From Ascidiella aspersa (taxonomy: Eukaryota): a stretch of DNA of 64,000 bases. The stretch is from contig OZ004612.1 in the NCBI GenBank assembly GCA_963924565.1, forward strand, positions 20,894,001-20,958,000, read 5' to 3'. How positions within the stretch are numbered: the first letter of the stretch is position 1; each line of letters starts with the position of its first letter. A program made the position numbers and the translations under genes. The notes under the pieces were generated by a model. That model worked only from the letters and a program-made list of their open reading frames with translations. It was not told where the DNA came from and made no database searches. Shown here piece by piece: positions 62,356 through 64,000 of the stretch.

Positions 62356-63464
62356 TAGATAGAAATCGCTCTTCTGGTGTAAACGAAGTATAAACCGACG
62401 TTTCGGCAGCGGATAGCAGCTGGCCTCATCAGGGTTAATAATTAAAACGAGGGTGCGTTAGCCAACTTATATACTAAGGGTATAACATAAGACTACACAT
62501 TAAAATTAATAAATCTAGACGTCGCTGAAGTATGCGATCAGCTGTGACGCGACGAAGTCATCCGGTGCAGAACTGCGCCGTCGGACAACGAGCGTTTATC
62601 AGCTATTGCGTATAGCTACAACGACGAGTAGATTGCCGGATACCACTTATCGTTGGTGTTAGGACATTTGTCAAACCGGAATGATTCAATGAACCGTCTT
62701 TTGTAATAGTGCGGTTCCCAGTCAATTCCGTGTCGAAGTTTAACCGCATGCTCTGCCAGAGCCGACCGGGATGCCCTTTCACTGCGGACATCACGCATGT
62801 GTTCAAGCTTCCTGGTGTGAAAGGGACGTTTAGTTTCCCCTATGTATGTTGCCGAACAACCTCCACAGGGAATCTCATAAACAGCCCCTTGACGTTTTTT
62901 CTGGTTTAACTGGATCTTTTGGTGAAGGTAAAATGTTTCCAATTTTTCTGGCCGGTTTGAAAGCAGTAGAAATGTCTTGGCTTTTCAAAATACGTTTTAG
63001 TTTTTCTCCCAGACCTGGAATGTAAGGAATAATGGCCAGACCTTTAGGTTCTGGTTTAGATGTTAAATGGTTAGATTTTTTTGGGGGGGTTTAAACAGCC
63101 ATTCGGGGTATTCGTTTATTCTCATGGCCTTTTTAACATGTTTAATTTCGTTAACTTCGTCCTTATTGTTTGTACAAAGTTTTGAAGCTCGGTGTAGCAG
63201 GGTGTTCACAACCGAGCGTTTGTGCTATAGAGGATGGTCCGATCTGAAATTCAAGTAGCGATCTCAATGAGTTACTTGAATTTTAAATACCTTAGTTTAC
63301 CTGACCGGTTCCGAGTGATTAATGAGTCCAGAAATGAAATTGAGCATTTTTTCTCTGTTTCCATTGTGAATATTTTGGTTGTTTCCAAGCTGTTTAAGTG
63401 GTCCAGGATCTGCTGTATCAGGTTGGTTTTATTATAACAAACGTGTCATCCACGTATCTTCGCC
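62356..63464 (-). mobile_element. 5'-truncated, frameshifted Penelope-like retroelement (RT C-terminus + GIY-YIG endonuclease + 3' UTR)
   Basis: RRYVDDTFVI at about 63433-63462, FTMETEK..ISFLD, RYLNFRSDHP, IPYIPGLGEKLKRIL, then GAVYEIPCGGCSATYIGETKR...LEH...SALAEH (62616-62942). Multiple stops and frameshifts. Confidence 0.93.
62391..62438 (-). ncRNA. Minimal type I hammerhead ribozyme of the Penelope element
   Basis: Minus strand reads TTAACC CTGATGA GGCCAGC tgctatcc GCTGCC GAAA C GTC^GGTTTA: stem I AACC/GGTT, intact CUGAUGA and GAAA core, stem II with one bulge, vestigial stem III with palindromic ACGT, GUC cleavage triplet ending at 62397. Confidence 0.85.
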
Positions 63465-63989
63465 TAATTTGCGCTGATAGGCTAGGCCTACAAAATACAC
63501 ACCTTTGCTTTATTATTGGGCCTTTTTAAATGTGCGGTTCTGTTGCCATTTTTTTAAGCGCAATATTTGCAATAACAATCAAGAAGGTAGGGCTGGTAGG
63601 GCAATTTGTTGGAAAATCTGTTTTAAACTAGCAATTCAGCATGTTTTATGGCTAGACTATTTTTTTGGAAATAAATACGTCTCACCTAAAAGTCTTGTTA
63701 AAAGTATAAGCAACTCGAAATGCGAAAAAAGAGGACATTTGGACATTTTTAAGCGTCCTCGGAGGACCATTGAGTTTTCTTGAGAAAAGAGGACAAATTT
63801 TCCTAAAAGAGGACATATGGTAGGCCTAATATAAACGCCAAAGTGTTTTCTAATCTTCCTGAGCTGTTTTTGTTCCATTTGACCCGAGTTGTAAAAATAT
63901 GCACTTGTGTGTGTTTATTTCATCGGACTCTATAAGAAGGTATCACAATTGAGGTTATGTGTTGTTAAACACTTATTAGCACTGTAGAA

Positions 63990-64000
63990 CAGGGGTCGGC
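63990..64000. mobile_element. Start of another hAT MITE at the window edge
   Basis: caggggtcggc, the same terminus type as 51361 and 54934. Confidence 0.45.

Larger units (their letters stand above)
61928..63828. mobile_element. Non-autonomous hAT element (TAGGG ends) hosting nested insertions
   Basis: TIR tagggctaccatat / atatggtaggccta, aaagaggaca subterminal repeats at both ends, TSD atataaac (61920-61927, 63829-63836). Confidence 0.88.

Overview
AT-rich eukaryotic DNA with short GT-AG introns. The gene content and compactness suggest an invertebrate chordate, probably an ascidian (inference). Five spliced genes were reconstructed by hand from splice sites and reading frame. (1) The 5' part of CKAP5/XMAP215 (- strand, 17 coding exons in the window, running off the left edge). 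(2) A TSSK-like Ser/Thr kinase with an unusually long tail (- strand, 16 exons, about 1020 aa). (3) TMED10 (+). (4) A FAM167 homolog (+). (5) An unrecognised 20-kb gene of about 31 exons (- strand), mostly missed by the ORF track. Gene 5 encodes a type II membrane protein whose stalk is built from at least 22 symmetric phase-1 mini-exons (17 of exactly 75 nt). These encode a glycosylated 25-residue coiled-coil-like repeat, capped by an orphan head domain with DGGxDMYDxGN / GNLGADG / DPS motifs. The exon array shows recent block duplication, dead exons and a possibly transposon-rescued exon, and is the best candidate for an undescribed system. Non-coding DNA holds many hAT MITEs with 8-bp TSDs, a Merlin-like MITE, foldback elements, two hairpins resembling P-element excision footprints, and a decayed Penelope retroelement with a minimal hammerhead ribozyme plus a 47-bp derivative insertion. 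All gene models are unverified by transcripts or database search.
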